A DNA stretch of 64,000 nucleotides from Thermoproteota archaeon (GTDB lineage: Archaea; Thermoproteota; Thermoprotei_A; Sulfolobales; Ignisphaeraceae): NCBI GenBank assembly GCA_030550585.1, contig JAUQPB010000001.1, forward strand, positions 224,001 through 288,000. Direction: 5' to 3'. A program made the position numbers and the translations under genes. Positions 31,009 to 40,288 of the stretch are shown here, piece by piece. The notes under the pieces were generated by a model. It saw only the letters and a list, made by a program, of their open reading frames with translations, was not told the DNA's origin and ran no database searches. Numbering within the stretch: position 1 is the first letter of the stretch; the number at the start of each line of letters is the position of its first letter.

Positions 31009-31345
31009 CCTAGGTTTCCAACGACGTAATGCCGATAGATCAGTAACCGCAGAGGAAATAGTAGCCGAAGCCTTCGACTTAAAGCATTGTGTCAGGCTTT
31101 CGTAAATTTGCAGAAACCTAATACAATTATTATGCTAGGACTCGGCGATTGCGGTAGCCTTAAGAACCTAATAACCCCCTTCTCCTCAACGAGCTTTCCT
31201 GCATTTTCAACCACCTTTTCAAGTTACTGTTAAGCGTATTGGATGACGTAGTAATTCCGAGTATTTTATAGTAAATTTGAAGAAGGTATCTATTTTCAAA
31301 AAAGTTTAAAAAGCACTTAAAATAGTGATATGCCAAGGGGTTTAA

Positions 31346-34300
31346 ATGAGGAGAAATTCGGTTTTAGTCTTAGTTCTGCTGACCTTAGCCTTAGGCCTAA
31401 TGGTTTCCTCCGGATCAGCTCAGCTTAGGCGATCAACGCAACTGAGTCTCACGCCAGAAAACTTCACAGCTACTTCAGGCGGTAGCCTCACGTTTACAGC
31501 CACCCTGCTTTCAGATGGTAAACCCTTAGCTGGAAAAACCATTATCTTCTCGGCTACTCTCGGAACAGTTGATCCGCCTATGGGTGTGACAGATGCCAAC
31601 GGCAAAGTTTCGTTTGTCTACACGGCTCCGCAAACACCAGTTAGGATCTATGTGAAGATCACAGCCACCTTTGCCGGTGATTTGCTATACGAAGGCAGTA
31701 GTGCGGTCGCCTCAGGAGTCGTTGAGCCTGTGCCTTCGCCAATTCTTCCGTCGATATCCCTTGTAGGAGCCTCATTCACCATTCCTGAGACGCTAAAGGA
31801 TGATGTATCCTTGTATAGGAACTCCATTCCAAGCGATATCATGAAGACGCTGCCAACTGGTTTGCCATCAGAGGCCTTCCTGCTGGCAACTAATGAAAGC
31901 CTCTACTTGGTTTTTGCTGAGCAAAGTGATAAGGGCTTAGCCAAAGTGGAGGGTTGGCTTTTGCCGACGCACATTCAGCTTGCAGGTTTAAACATAGCTG
32001 TTGTTATTGCTAAGCAGGTCACCTTTGTGAAAGAAGGTTCGCCAACAGTTCTTAGTGATATCTTAGCCAATCCAGAAGCCTACAAGTTCAAACTTGTTAA
32101 GGTCGATGCCTATAGAAGGCAGATTTCGGTGCTCTATGATCCAGATGAGCCGCCGTACATCGAGTTTCCACTAACAATTGGATACCTCTCTGAGAGGCCC
32201 ATTGAGCCATTGGTGATTGTCCGTAAGGCTTTGGAGAGAGCTAAAGAGATAACCTTCAGAATTGATGAGGGGGTTATAAGAGACCTCCTGGAGCTTAGAG
32301 AACATCAAATACTCTGGGTCTTCAACTTCGAATATGAATATTGGTATGACTCTAAAGCTGTAACTAACGGGATAGTAATTCCACTTAACCACTCAATATT
32401 CACATTACTTGAGCAGTCCATGCCAGTCTTAGGAGGGCTCCTAAAAGCTAGGGGCCCAATAATTCTCTACGATGTTAAGACAGACCTACTTTATGAAGGT
32501 GTGCAGTCTGTAGTGGAGTTGATGAAGGACAGTAAAAGGTATCTAGGTAAAGTCGTTAAGTTGACTGCAAATTGCTATGGCGGTTACATTAGCGTTCAGG
32601 AGGTTATAGAGCATAATACTCCATGCGGTGAGGACTATGTTTACGTCCCAGATGTTGGATGCGTGAACCTCGCGACTGATGTGAGGTTCGAGGGCTTCGT
32701 TGCCTGGAATAATGTGAGTGTGCCCCCGAAGCGTGATGAACTCCTACTCGCGGTCGGCGTCTCAAGCTTCCATCAGGATGAGCAATTCGTTAAGGCCTCT
32801 GGAATCTTCGAACTGGTAGGCAAAGTGGTCTCAACTAAAGAGGTGAGCGATTCTCTACCCGAAGGCATTGCCCTCATAATTTATAGTGCTAGAAAGGTTG
32901 GTGAGATAGACTTTGAGAAGTTAGCTGCCCAAGTTAAGGACGAGGTTAAAAGGCAGGTAGGAGAGCTTCTCTGGAACCTCCAAGACATTTACCCGTATCA
33001 GAGGCCACCTGAAATACCATTCAAGGTTCCAAGGAAGGTCTTCTGGCCGAAGGCCCCAATCTCCGTTACCACGCCCAAGGAGCTCCCCGAAATAGTTATT
33101 GAGAGGAACTTCACGGTTATAATTGATGTGGCTGATGCGCCCATCAACCTAAACATAAGCAACTCCATCATCTCAAACATATCCATAAGGCTAAGGGAGA
33201 TTGTCAGGAACGTCACAATATACTTCGAGAAGCTCATTGAGAAGCCTCCAGAGGTGCCTAGCCCGCCGGGATTAGTTTACGCCTATCATAAGATCGATGT
33301 AAATATCCCTGAAGCCTCCATCGAGAAGGCAGATATAACGTTCTGGGTTATGAAGGAGTGGCTGGCAATCCATGGAGCCACCAAAGATGATGTAGTTATG
33401 CTCAGATACCATGGCGGAGAATGGTTAAGACTCCCAACAAAGGCTATAGGTGAAAACGTAACACACTTCGAGTTCACGGCCGAGACTCCCAGCTTCTCGA
33501 TATTCGCAATAGCGATAACAGCACCTGTTAGAGTTATGGAGACCGGTGTTGAGGGCTACGTCTTTGACAACGCTACCGGAAAACCGATTAAGGGCGTTAG
33601 AATAATAGCGTTGTCAAAGGTTATTACGTCAGTGCGTACTGAGGCTACAACGGACGATATGGGTCACTACTCGCTTTCCCTGACACCCGGGAGCTACGTT
33701 TTAGTTGTTTTAGCTAACGGTTATGCTGATGTATCGGCGGAGGTTTCGCTGGCGCTTGGAGAGGTTAAGCGGGTGGACTTTAAGCTTGAAAAGGCTCTGG
33801 CGGAATTCTCTGAGGATTGGTACGGCGTGAAGTTCGAGATCGCCATCTTAGGCAACCTCACATGGAAGATTGGAGACAATACATCGATTAAAGCCTCGGT
33901 GACAGTAGGTGATATGGGCGGAAACCAGAAAATTGAGTTTAGGCAGCTCACTCTAGAATTAGCGGAAGCAAATGTGAAAGTTTCTGTTCCAATAAACCTC
34001 GCTACATCAATCGGTGGGACTGTCTTCAGCAAACCCATCAGCATCGGGGTGCTAGATGGATTCGGCCTCCACGCTCCCGGAGAGACCAAAGGATACTCCC
34101 TCCAAGTTATCTTGGAGGGTTCTGTCATCGATAAATTTGGTATCGAATGGCCAGGATCAACGTTTAAAACTGTTAGCGTTAGCATCTACGCACCTGAGTC
34201 TCCGGTCTCGGTCGAGTTCACGGCCCCTTCAAAGGTTAAGATAGGCGACGAGTTTGATGTAAAGTTTAGGTTCAGGAATGAGGGGAAGCATCCTATATCA

Positions 34301-35197
34301 GACTTGAGGGTCTCGCTTTCATTGCCCTTCGGCACCTCTGCCATCGGGCCAATCGAAACAACGGTAAAAGTTGTTAATCCGAAGGAGGCTGCGGAGGCGG
34401 TGTTTAGGCTCAGAGCTGAAAATGCCACAACTAGCTTAATAACAGTAACGTATTCTTACAGGACCCTCTGGGGGTATGTTGTGTTAGAGCCCTTGAAGAC
34501 ATTGGGGTCGATAACTATAACTAAGATCCCAGTGAGCCTAACGATCTCTGCTGAGCCTAGGGAGGTTACTGTTGGTGAAGAGGTTGTGGTTAAAGGGTCA
34601 ATAAGCCCGGCCATGAGCAAGACTATAGAACTGGTCATTAAGAGGCCTGATGGAACAACAGATACGCAGACAACTACGTCTACACCCGATGGAAGCTTCG
34701 GCTTTAGGATTAAGCTCGATAAGGAGGGTGAATGGAGCTTTACAGCGAGGTTTGCGGAAGATTTAACCCATGAGGAAGCAGTGAGCCAGTCTGTAAACAT
34801 CGTCGCATTACCCGTCAAGACAGTACTTACGATTCAGGCGCCGAGCATGGTTAGCGTTGGTGAGGAGTTCGTGGTAAGTGGTAAGTTGACTAGGCTTGAC
34901 ACAGGTGCTGGACTAGCCGGTAAGAAGGTCGAGCTCTACATCAACGGCTCAAAGACCTCTGAGACGACTTCGAATGCTACTGGTGACTACAGCTTCAAAA
35001 TAAGGATAGAAAGTATAGGTAGGTACGCATTGAGGGTGTACTTCTCGGGCGATGGCTTCCTACCAAGCGAGGTAGTAACAACAGTCGTAGTAGAAGCTCC
35101 TAAAGCATCAGCAATAACCTGGAGTGTAGTAGTGATCGTGTTAGGAGTTCTGGGCTTGGGCATAGGCTTATACATGTATAGGAGGAGACGTTTGTGA
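31346..35197 (+). CDS. large cell-surface protein: signal peptide, Ig/invasin-like repeats, PGF-pre-PGF domain, carboxypeptidase-regulatory-like domain, C-terminal TM anchor
   Basis: Signal peptide; GKPLAGKTI..TDANGKVSFVYTAP; AETPSFSIFAI; TGKPIKG..TTDDMGHY; TM followed by RRRRL. Confidence 0.85.
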   Translation: MRRNSVLVLVLLTLALGLMVSSGSAQLRRSTQLSLTPENFTATSGGSLTFTATLLSDGKPLAGKTIIFSATLGTVDPPMGVTDANGKVSFVYTAPQTPVRIYVKITATFAGDLLYEGSSAVASGVVEPVPSPILPSISLVGASFTIPETLKDDVSLYRNSIPSDIMKTLPTGLPSEAFLLATNESLYLVFAEQSDKGLAKVEGWLLPTHIQLAGLNIAVVIAKQVTFVKEGSPTVLSDILANPEAYKFKLVKVDAYRRQISVLYDPDEPPYIEFPLTIGYLSERPIEPLVIVRKALERAKEITFRIDEGVIRDLLELREHQILWVFNFEYEYWYDSKAVTNGIVIPLNHSIFTLLEQSMPVLGGLLKARGPIILYDVKTDLLYEGVQSVVELMKDSKRYLGKVVKLTANCYGGYISVQEVIEHNTPCGEDYVYVPDVGCVNLATDVRFEGFVAWNNVSVPPKRDELLLAVGVSSFHQDEQFVKASGIFELVGKVVSTKEVSDSLPEGIALIIYSARKVGEIDFEKLAAQVKDEVKRQVGELLWNLQDIYPYQRPPEIPFKVPRKVFWPKAPISVTTPKELPEIVIERNFTVIIDVADAPINLNISNSIISNISIRLREIVRNVTIYFEKLIEKPPEVPSPPGLVYAYHKIDVNIPEASIEKADITFWVMKEWLAIHGATKDDVVMLRYHGGEWLRLPTKAIGENVTHFEFTAETPSFSIFAIAITAPVRVMETGVEGYVFDNATGKPIKGVRIIALSKVITSVRTEATTDDMGHYSLSLTPGSYVLVVLANGYADVSAEVSLALGEVKRVDFKLEKALAEFSEDWYGVKFEIAILGNLTWKIGDNTSIKASVTVGDMGGNQKIEFRQLTLELAEANVKVSVPINLATSIGGTVFSKPISIGVLDGFGLHAPGETKGYSLQVILEGSVIDKFGIEWPGSTFKTVSVSIYAPESPVSVEFTAPSKVKIGDEFDVKFRFRNEGKHPISDLRVSLSLPFGTSAIGPIETTVKVVNPKEAAEAVFRLRAENATTSLITVTYSYRTLWGYVVLEPLKTLGSITITKIPVSLTISAEPREVTVGEEVVVKGSISPAMSKTIELVIKRPDGTTDTQTTTSTPDGSFGFRIKLDKEGEWSFTARFAEDLTHEEAVSQSVNIVALPVKTVLTIQAPSMVSVGEEFVVSGKLTRLDTGAGLAGKKVELYINGSKTSETTSNATGDYSFKIRIESIGRYALRVYFSGDGFLPSEVVTTVVVEAPKASAITWSVVVIVLGVLGLGIGLYMYRRRRL

Positions 35198-35895
35198 TGG
35201 TGAAGGGACCATACCTTCCACTGCTAGTTTTCCTAGGCGCCCTTCTATACGTTCTAGTATGATCTAAGGGGTGGAGGACCTGACTAGATTTCTAATACAT
35301 AAACGTAAGACAGCTTGAAATAGTCTGTGAAACACTTCATGACCACGACTTAATATGGTCTGCGGCTATAGTTAACTCAAAATTATATTGTACTATAGTT
35401 TTCCGGCCTCTTCTCCTCTCCGGAAACGCAGGCTCTAGGCATCCTTAGTTCTTTCTGGTAGAGTCGTAGTTCTCAAGCTCTGCTGGGTTTCTCATTAGCA
35501 TTGGAGGACGTGGTCTCAAGTCTTTAAGAGATGTAGCATCTGAGTCCAGTTTGCCTATAAGTGCTGGGAGGTGTTTACACTAAGAGTCTCTAATGCTTGC
35601 TTTGTCAAAAGTGCTTCGGGAACTTAAGCTTTAACAACGCTTTTCAGTAGTTGTGTAGAGTTTTCTTCTTACCCCATGTCTTGAAGGAAGAGATTCTTAG
35701 CCATGGCGATTATTTTACACATTTCATTGCTTAAGACTTACTCTATGGGTACATACACCTGGATTGCTACGCTTCACTATATGCATAACGACTTTAAGTA
35801 GCTGACTTGAAGCTCCATGCTGGTATTCACCAGTCAGCCTTAACGTTTCAGTTTTCAAAGAAGAATATCGTTATTCACCTTCAGCTATGCATTGA

Positions 35896-35925
35896 TGTTT
35901 CAGTTTTACTTAGCTTACTGAAACA
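35896..35925. promoter_or_regulatory. palindromic site TGTTTCAG-N14-CTGAAACA just inside attR
   Basis: Matches 18917-18946; extra half-site near 35845. Confidence 0.7.
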
Positions 35926-35945
35926 GATCTACGGGCATCCCAGGA

Positions 35946-35990
35946 CTCCGGAGCCGGTGGACCCGGGTTCAAATCCCGGCGGGCCCGCCA
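35946..35990 (+). repeat. attR (tRNA-Arg 3' half, 2 mismatches to attL)
   Basis: ctccggagccggtggacccgggttcaaatcccggcgggcccgcca. Confidence 0.92.
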
Positions 35991-36246
35991 AAACAAAATG
36001 TAAACAATTACATTGTCTCATGATCTTGTGAGACCCCGTGAAACAGCTAAGAAATATGGGTGCTACTGAAGATATTTCTTACAGGGTCTTAGATGAAATT
36101 CGGCTCTGGTATCATGATCCAAAACCTTTACATATCTACTAAGGAGTTCCTCAGTTCATACCCTTTCTGCCTATTAGGTTGCTAACCTTTTAAGCTCCTC
36201 CACTTCTTCGTTTCTTCTCAAGGCGTATATCTCCAGCTTCATTAAA

Positions 36247-37041
36247 TTATCTCACCTCTCTCCTTGTGTAGAGGAGGTAGCATATGGTTAAGCACACCAG
36301 AATATATGCGGAGCTCACTAGGACCAAATACTCAATTGGGGGAACTTGGATGGTTACTTCCCCTATACTGCTTGCGAAAGTTACTGAGGATATGCTACTG
36401 TTTGATAAGATTGTGTAGATTGGGTAGTACATGTAGTTCAGGATAGACCATGGTTGGATACCTGTTTTAGCTATGACAGATCCTAGGGTATTTAGAATGA
36501 AGAAGTTGAATAGTGCAGCGATAATAATGGCATTTCTAGAGTTTCTGCTTATACTTCCTATGGCTGCTGATAGGAATAGCCATGCCCCAGCATATAGTAG
36601 CTGTAGGACGTAGCTCAGAGCTAATGAGCTGACAACGCTTTTATAATATGTTAGTGCGAACACTACTGCCACTATGTTGTAGAGAGATACTACTGTGAAT
36701 GCTATGAGAATGGCGGCGAGAGCCTTTGAAAAGTAGACCAGCTTTCTTTGTAGTGGTAGAACGTATACGAAGTATGCCTTGCTCTTCTCAAATTCTTCAG
36801 CAACCAAATCGCCTGCGAAGAGAGCGAACAAAATAGGGTACAATAGGCCTGTAAAGATGGCGACAGTTGAGGAGAGGTAGTCGTTAACAGAGTTATGCAC
36901 GCCATAGACTGCGTCAACAATGCTAATTGCTGATAATACTACTAATGGTGTCAGCAATAAAATGTAGAATCTCTTGCTATGCAAGTAGCACTTCACAAAA
37001 TATCTTGTGGTTTCTACAAGCCTTTTCAAGGTTCCATCCAT
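36247..37041 (-). CDS. ABC-2 type permease
   Basis: About six TM helices; GDLVAEEFE..LPLQRKLVYFSK. Confidence 0.85.
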   Translation of the reverse strand: MDGTLKRLVETTRYFVKCYLHSKRFYILLLTPLVVLSAISIVDAVYGVHNSVNDYLSSTVAIFTGLLYPILFALFAGDLVAEEFEKSKAYFVYVLPLQRKLVYFSKALAAILIAFTVVSLYNIVAVVFALTYYKSVVSSLALSYVLQLLYAGAWLFLSAAIGSISRNSRNAIIIAALFNFFILNTLGSVIAKTGIQPWSILNYMYYPIYTILSNSSISSVTFASSIGEVTIQVPPIEYLVLVSSAYILVCLTICYLLYTRREVR

Positions 37042-37047
37042 AACCTA

Positions 37048-37944
37048 TCACCCATAGAGATCTGAATACAATTGCACTAGATCTTCCTCTCTCTCCTTGA
37101 TAGAGACTATGTCAATGCTTGCAAGGATCTTGAGCACATCAAGCTCTCTTCTAGTATCGTAAAGTACTTCGTATATCCTATCACCTATCTTCTTAACTTC
37201 GATTACGCCTGTCCCTACATACTTATTCACATCTATTTCGCTTCTAGTTTCAATTACTATTCTCCTACGCTTGATTATTTCTGCTAGCTGCTCTTTCCCA
37301 TACTCTCTATATATGCTACCATCCCTTAGGAGAACCACCCTATCTGACAACGAGCTAGCGATATGTAGGCTGTGTGTGGCCAATATAATCATAGATTTCT
37401 TACTCAATTCTTTAAGGTATTCAGATAAGCGAAACGTTGTTGGCATGTCTAATCCTTCGAATGGCTCATCTAGTAGAATTATCCTTGGCCTCCCCATTAA
37501 CGCACATGCGAGAATAACTTTTTTGTAAAGCCCTTTTGATAGCTCATCTAGTCTCTTGCCAAGGTTAGCCTCTATGTTTAGCAAAGAGACAACTTCACGT
37601 AGATCCTCCATCCCCAATCCTTTGACCTTGCACGCAAAATCAAGTAGCTCTCTTACAGAAAGCTTATTGCTATGAGGCACGGGATTCTCGATAACAGCAG
37701 ACATGTATGTAGCTACTTTATCTCTCTCATAAGGCATTCTATAGGAATCCACATAGACCTCACCCTCTGAAGGCTTCGCCAAACCCGCAATCAGCTTCAA
37801 AATCGTGCTCTTGCCAGATCCGTTGGGGCCAAGTATACTGACAATAGCTTCGCCCTCAATATCAATAGACACGTTTCTTACACCGATAATGTTCCTAGAA
37901 TACCTCTTAGTGACGTTCTTCAATAATATTCGCATCTCCACCAT
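37048..37944 (-). CDS. ABC transporter ATP-binding protein
   Basis: GPNGSGKST, LSKG, LLDEPF and ATH. Confidence 0.93.
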   Translation of the reverse strand: MVEMRILLKNVTKRYSRNIIGVRNVSIDIEGEAIVSILGPNGSGKSTILKLIAGLAKPSEGEVYVDSYRMPYERDKVATYMSAVIENPVPHSNKLSVRELLDFACKVKGLGMEDLREVVSLLNIEANLGKRLDELSKGLYKKVILACALMGRPRIILLDEPFEGLDMPTTFRLSEYLKELSKKSMIILATHSLHIASSLSDRVVLLRDGSIYREYGKEQLAEIIKRRRIVIETRSEIDVNKYVGTGVIEVKKIGDRIYEVLYDTRRELDVLKILASIDIVSIKEREEDLVQLYSDLYG

Positions 37945-39430
37945 CCTCCACTCATCTTTGTCTTTCCCGCTTAAATCTATATAAATTTATGTGTTTTTAT
38001 AGAATCCCTCCGCCTCCTCCAGAGTCTTATTTAGCTTATGAAATATATAGTATTCGCCATCCTCAGTTTCAAGATCGCAGATCCCCTAAGTACTCAAATC
38101 CGCACATAATGTAAGCCTACTAAGACACTACAGTTCATAGAGACTATCGATCCTGGTCATTCCATATTAAACTAAGCTTTAATAGCAAATCCCTATCACA
38201 CTGCAGCATATACTAGGTAGTGGGTATGGATTCTTATCAGATTTGCCCGAAACGATATCACTTAGCGGAACATAAGCTTATAGAGAAAAGCAGATAAATA
38301 GAGTATTGTCTACATGTTTGAAAACCATATTAAAGAGACATAGGGTAACGTTAACAAGACTATCGTTGTTCTACATCACATACCACTCCGTAAACTTTTT
38401 CACTCTAAGTTTATTTCTGAATGGAATTGTTTCAATACGTTTGTGGACACCGAGACATTTGGATGCACAATCAAGAGATACTAAAGAGAAAATTAGGCTA
38501 ATGCTATACGCAGTTGGTCTTAGCCACAATAATGTAGACAAAGGATTCTACAAAGAGTTAATTTAGCACGGTAGTTGCAGCATTGAAAAATAAATATTTA
38601 TAATATGATTCTCGAGCCTGTTATGCAATATCTAGGTGGATCCATCTAAAAACAAAAGCTTAGTGTACTCCCTGCCAATTCAGATATGCGTACCGAAAAC
38701 CTTCCACCTATAAGAATTTGAGGTAAATTTAGCCGTTTGGGTGGTAAAGCTATAATCATGCTAGCCCATACTACCTGCAAAACATATATCGCTTATAATA
38801 ATGGTCTCTCCATAAGCAGTGTACATCTGAGTTTTCGACGAGGCTGATAAACATTGCTAGTTTGAGTGGCAGGTTAAATCCTCTCTTTACTTCCTCATCT
38901 ACAATATATATCATGGTTTTCAGGAACGACAGTTACATGTACATCGCTCTCTAAAGCATCCTTAACAGTTCTCAAAACATCTTCTACACAACCTAGGCAC
39001 ACGCTAGAAGTTAGGTTGACAACAATACATACAGCATTTACATCAACAACAATTCTCCTTACTATCAGCTAATCTCTCCAAATCCTCCCGATACCCATAT
39101 TAGTGTAGATCCTCCAAAGTAGCAGATCCTCACATCCCCCCACCACCTCCGCTCTTTAAGGCGTTTAGGAATAGCATTCTAAAAGTTGCAAGTACGTAGC
39201 CAATAGATAACATTGTATTGTCAACACATATTTTCACTGAAAACACCTCTGTCATGCACTAGTAAGATTAGATGCCGTAACACCATAGCAATGCCTACCA
39301 AAATTTTCGAACTGACATATTGACATTTTAAAGAGATAAAGGTTTTGCATGGGTATTAAAAAGTAAAATTTAATAAAATAAAATTTATATATTGCAGTAT
39401 AAACCAAATTAAAAATAGGGGTTACATACT

Positions 39431-40288
39431 ATGAACCTGTCAAAGTATCTGTTCGCTGGACTGGTAACACTAGTGATAGCAGTCTCCGTAGCAGAAATAA
39501 TAGCTTCAGCATTAACATTTGAGAGCTTCTATCAAGTTTCGCCTGGTTTACCACTACTGCAAGAGAGAATTGAAAATAGCAATTACATCTCTGCTGTAGC
39601 AACAACAGGGTATGTCATATATTCATACTCACCAAGCCATCCAAACTACTATAACTTCATCATGCAACCACCTGTGGCTTCATACATAGATAAGGTTGGA
39701 TACTGGGAAGGATTGACTTATTGGTATGCTAGAAGTCCTATGACGTTTTCATGGCTGGCACCTAATGAAGTATCGGTTTATGTAAAATGGAATTATAGAG
39801 ATATGAGCAGCTCGGATATCCAAAACATTGACTACCATGGATGGCTCATTGACGCCGAGGCGCCATCTAAGAGTGCCAGTTTTTCACTATCTGTTAGTGG
39901 TGGAACGAATTATGTGCAAGGCGGAATTACGGTTACATTCTATGATGTAACAGAAACAAACACAGCAACAGATAAGAAGATTGAAAACGGATGGTTGCGA
40001 ATATCAACAGCCAGGGTAGACTATAGGTCGTGGGCTAGATGGGAATGGGGAAATGAATGGAAGATGACTGCCGCAATAGTGCCATTAGTGAAGAACTCTT
40101 ATCTATATGATAACAGAGCTTACAGGATACAGTATATGATATGCCATGATATAAGTTATTGGACAGATATGACGTTATTGGGGATAACTATAAGGCATGT
40201 GAAGATACAATACACTCTAGGTGATAATATCGCAAACGGAGATGGCGTAATTACTGTCGCACGAGGAGTTTGGGGAAGTTCACAATGA
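39431..40288 (+). CDS. secreted aromatic-rich beta protein
   Basis: Signal peptide MNLSKYLFAGLVTLVIAVSVA; W/Y-rich; ATGA-coupled to the permease. Confidence 0.75.
   Translation: MNLSKYLFAGLVTLVIAVSVAEIIASALTFESFYQVSPGLPLLQERIENSNYISAVATTGYVIYSYSPSHPNYYNFIMQPPVASYIDKVGYWEGLTYWYARSPMTFSWLAPNEVSVYVKWNYRDMSSSDIQNIDYHGWLIDAEAPSKSASFSLSVSGGTNYVQGGITVTFYDVTETNTATDKKIENGWLRISTARVDYRSWARWEWGNEWKMTAAIVPLVKNSYLYDNRAYRIQYMICHDISYWTDMTLLGITIRHVKIQYTLGDNIANGDGVITVARGVWGSSQ

Larger units (their letters stand above)
18830..35990. mobile_element. tRNA-integrated element (integrative plasmid / defence island), about 17 kb
   Basis: 45-bp direct repeat of the tRNA 3' half at both ends, integrase at the left end, visibly higher GC and different codon usage than flanks. 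Confidence 0.93.

Noticed and set aside
35946-35990. second tRNA gene or split-tRNA half
   Set aside because: Only the 3' half is present, with no evident complementary leader; fully explained as attR
35807-36031. ORF through attR as an SSV-type int(N) fragment
   Set aside because: In the reconstructed circle this frame stops right after the core (GCC AGT TTT TAA), and the int frame has its own upstream stop; the GSNPGGP peptide is just translated tRNA sequence
38860-39160. possible PIN/VapC remnant on the minus strand (RRIVVDVNAV)
   Set aside because: Too short and degraded to support a call
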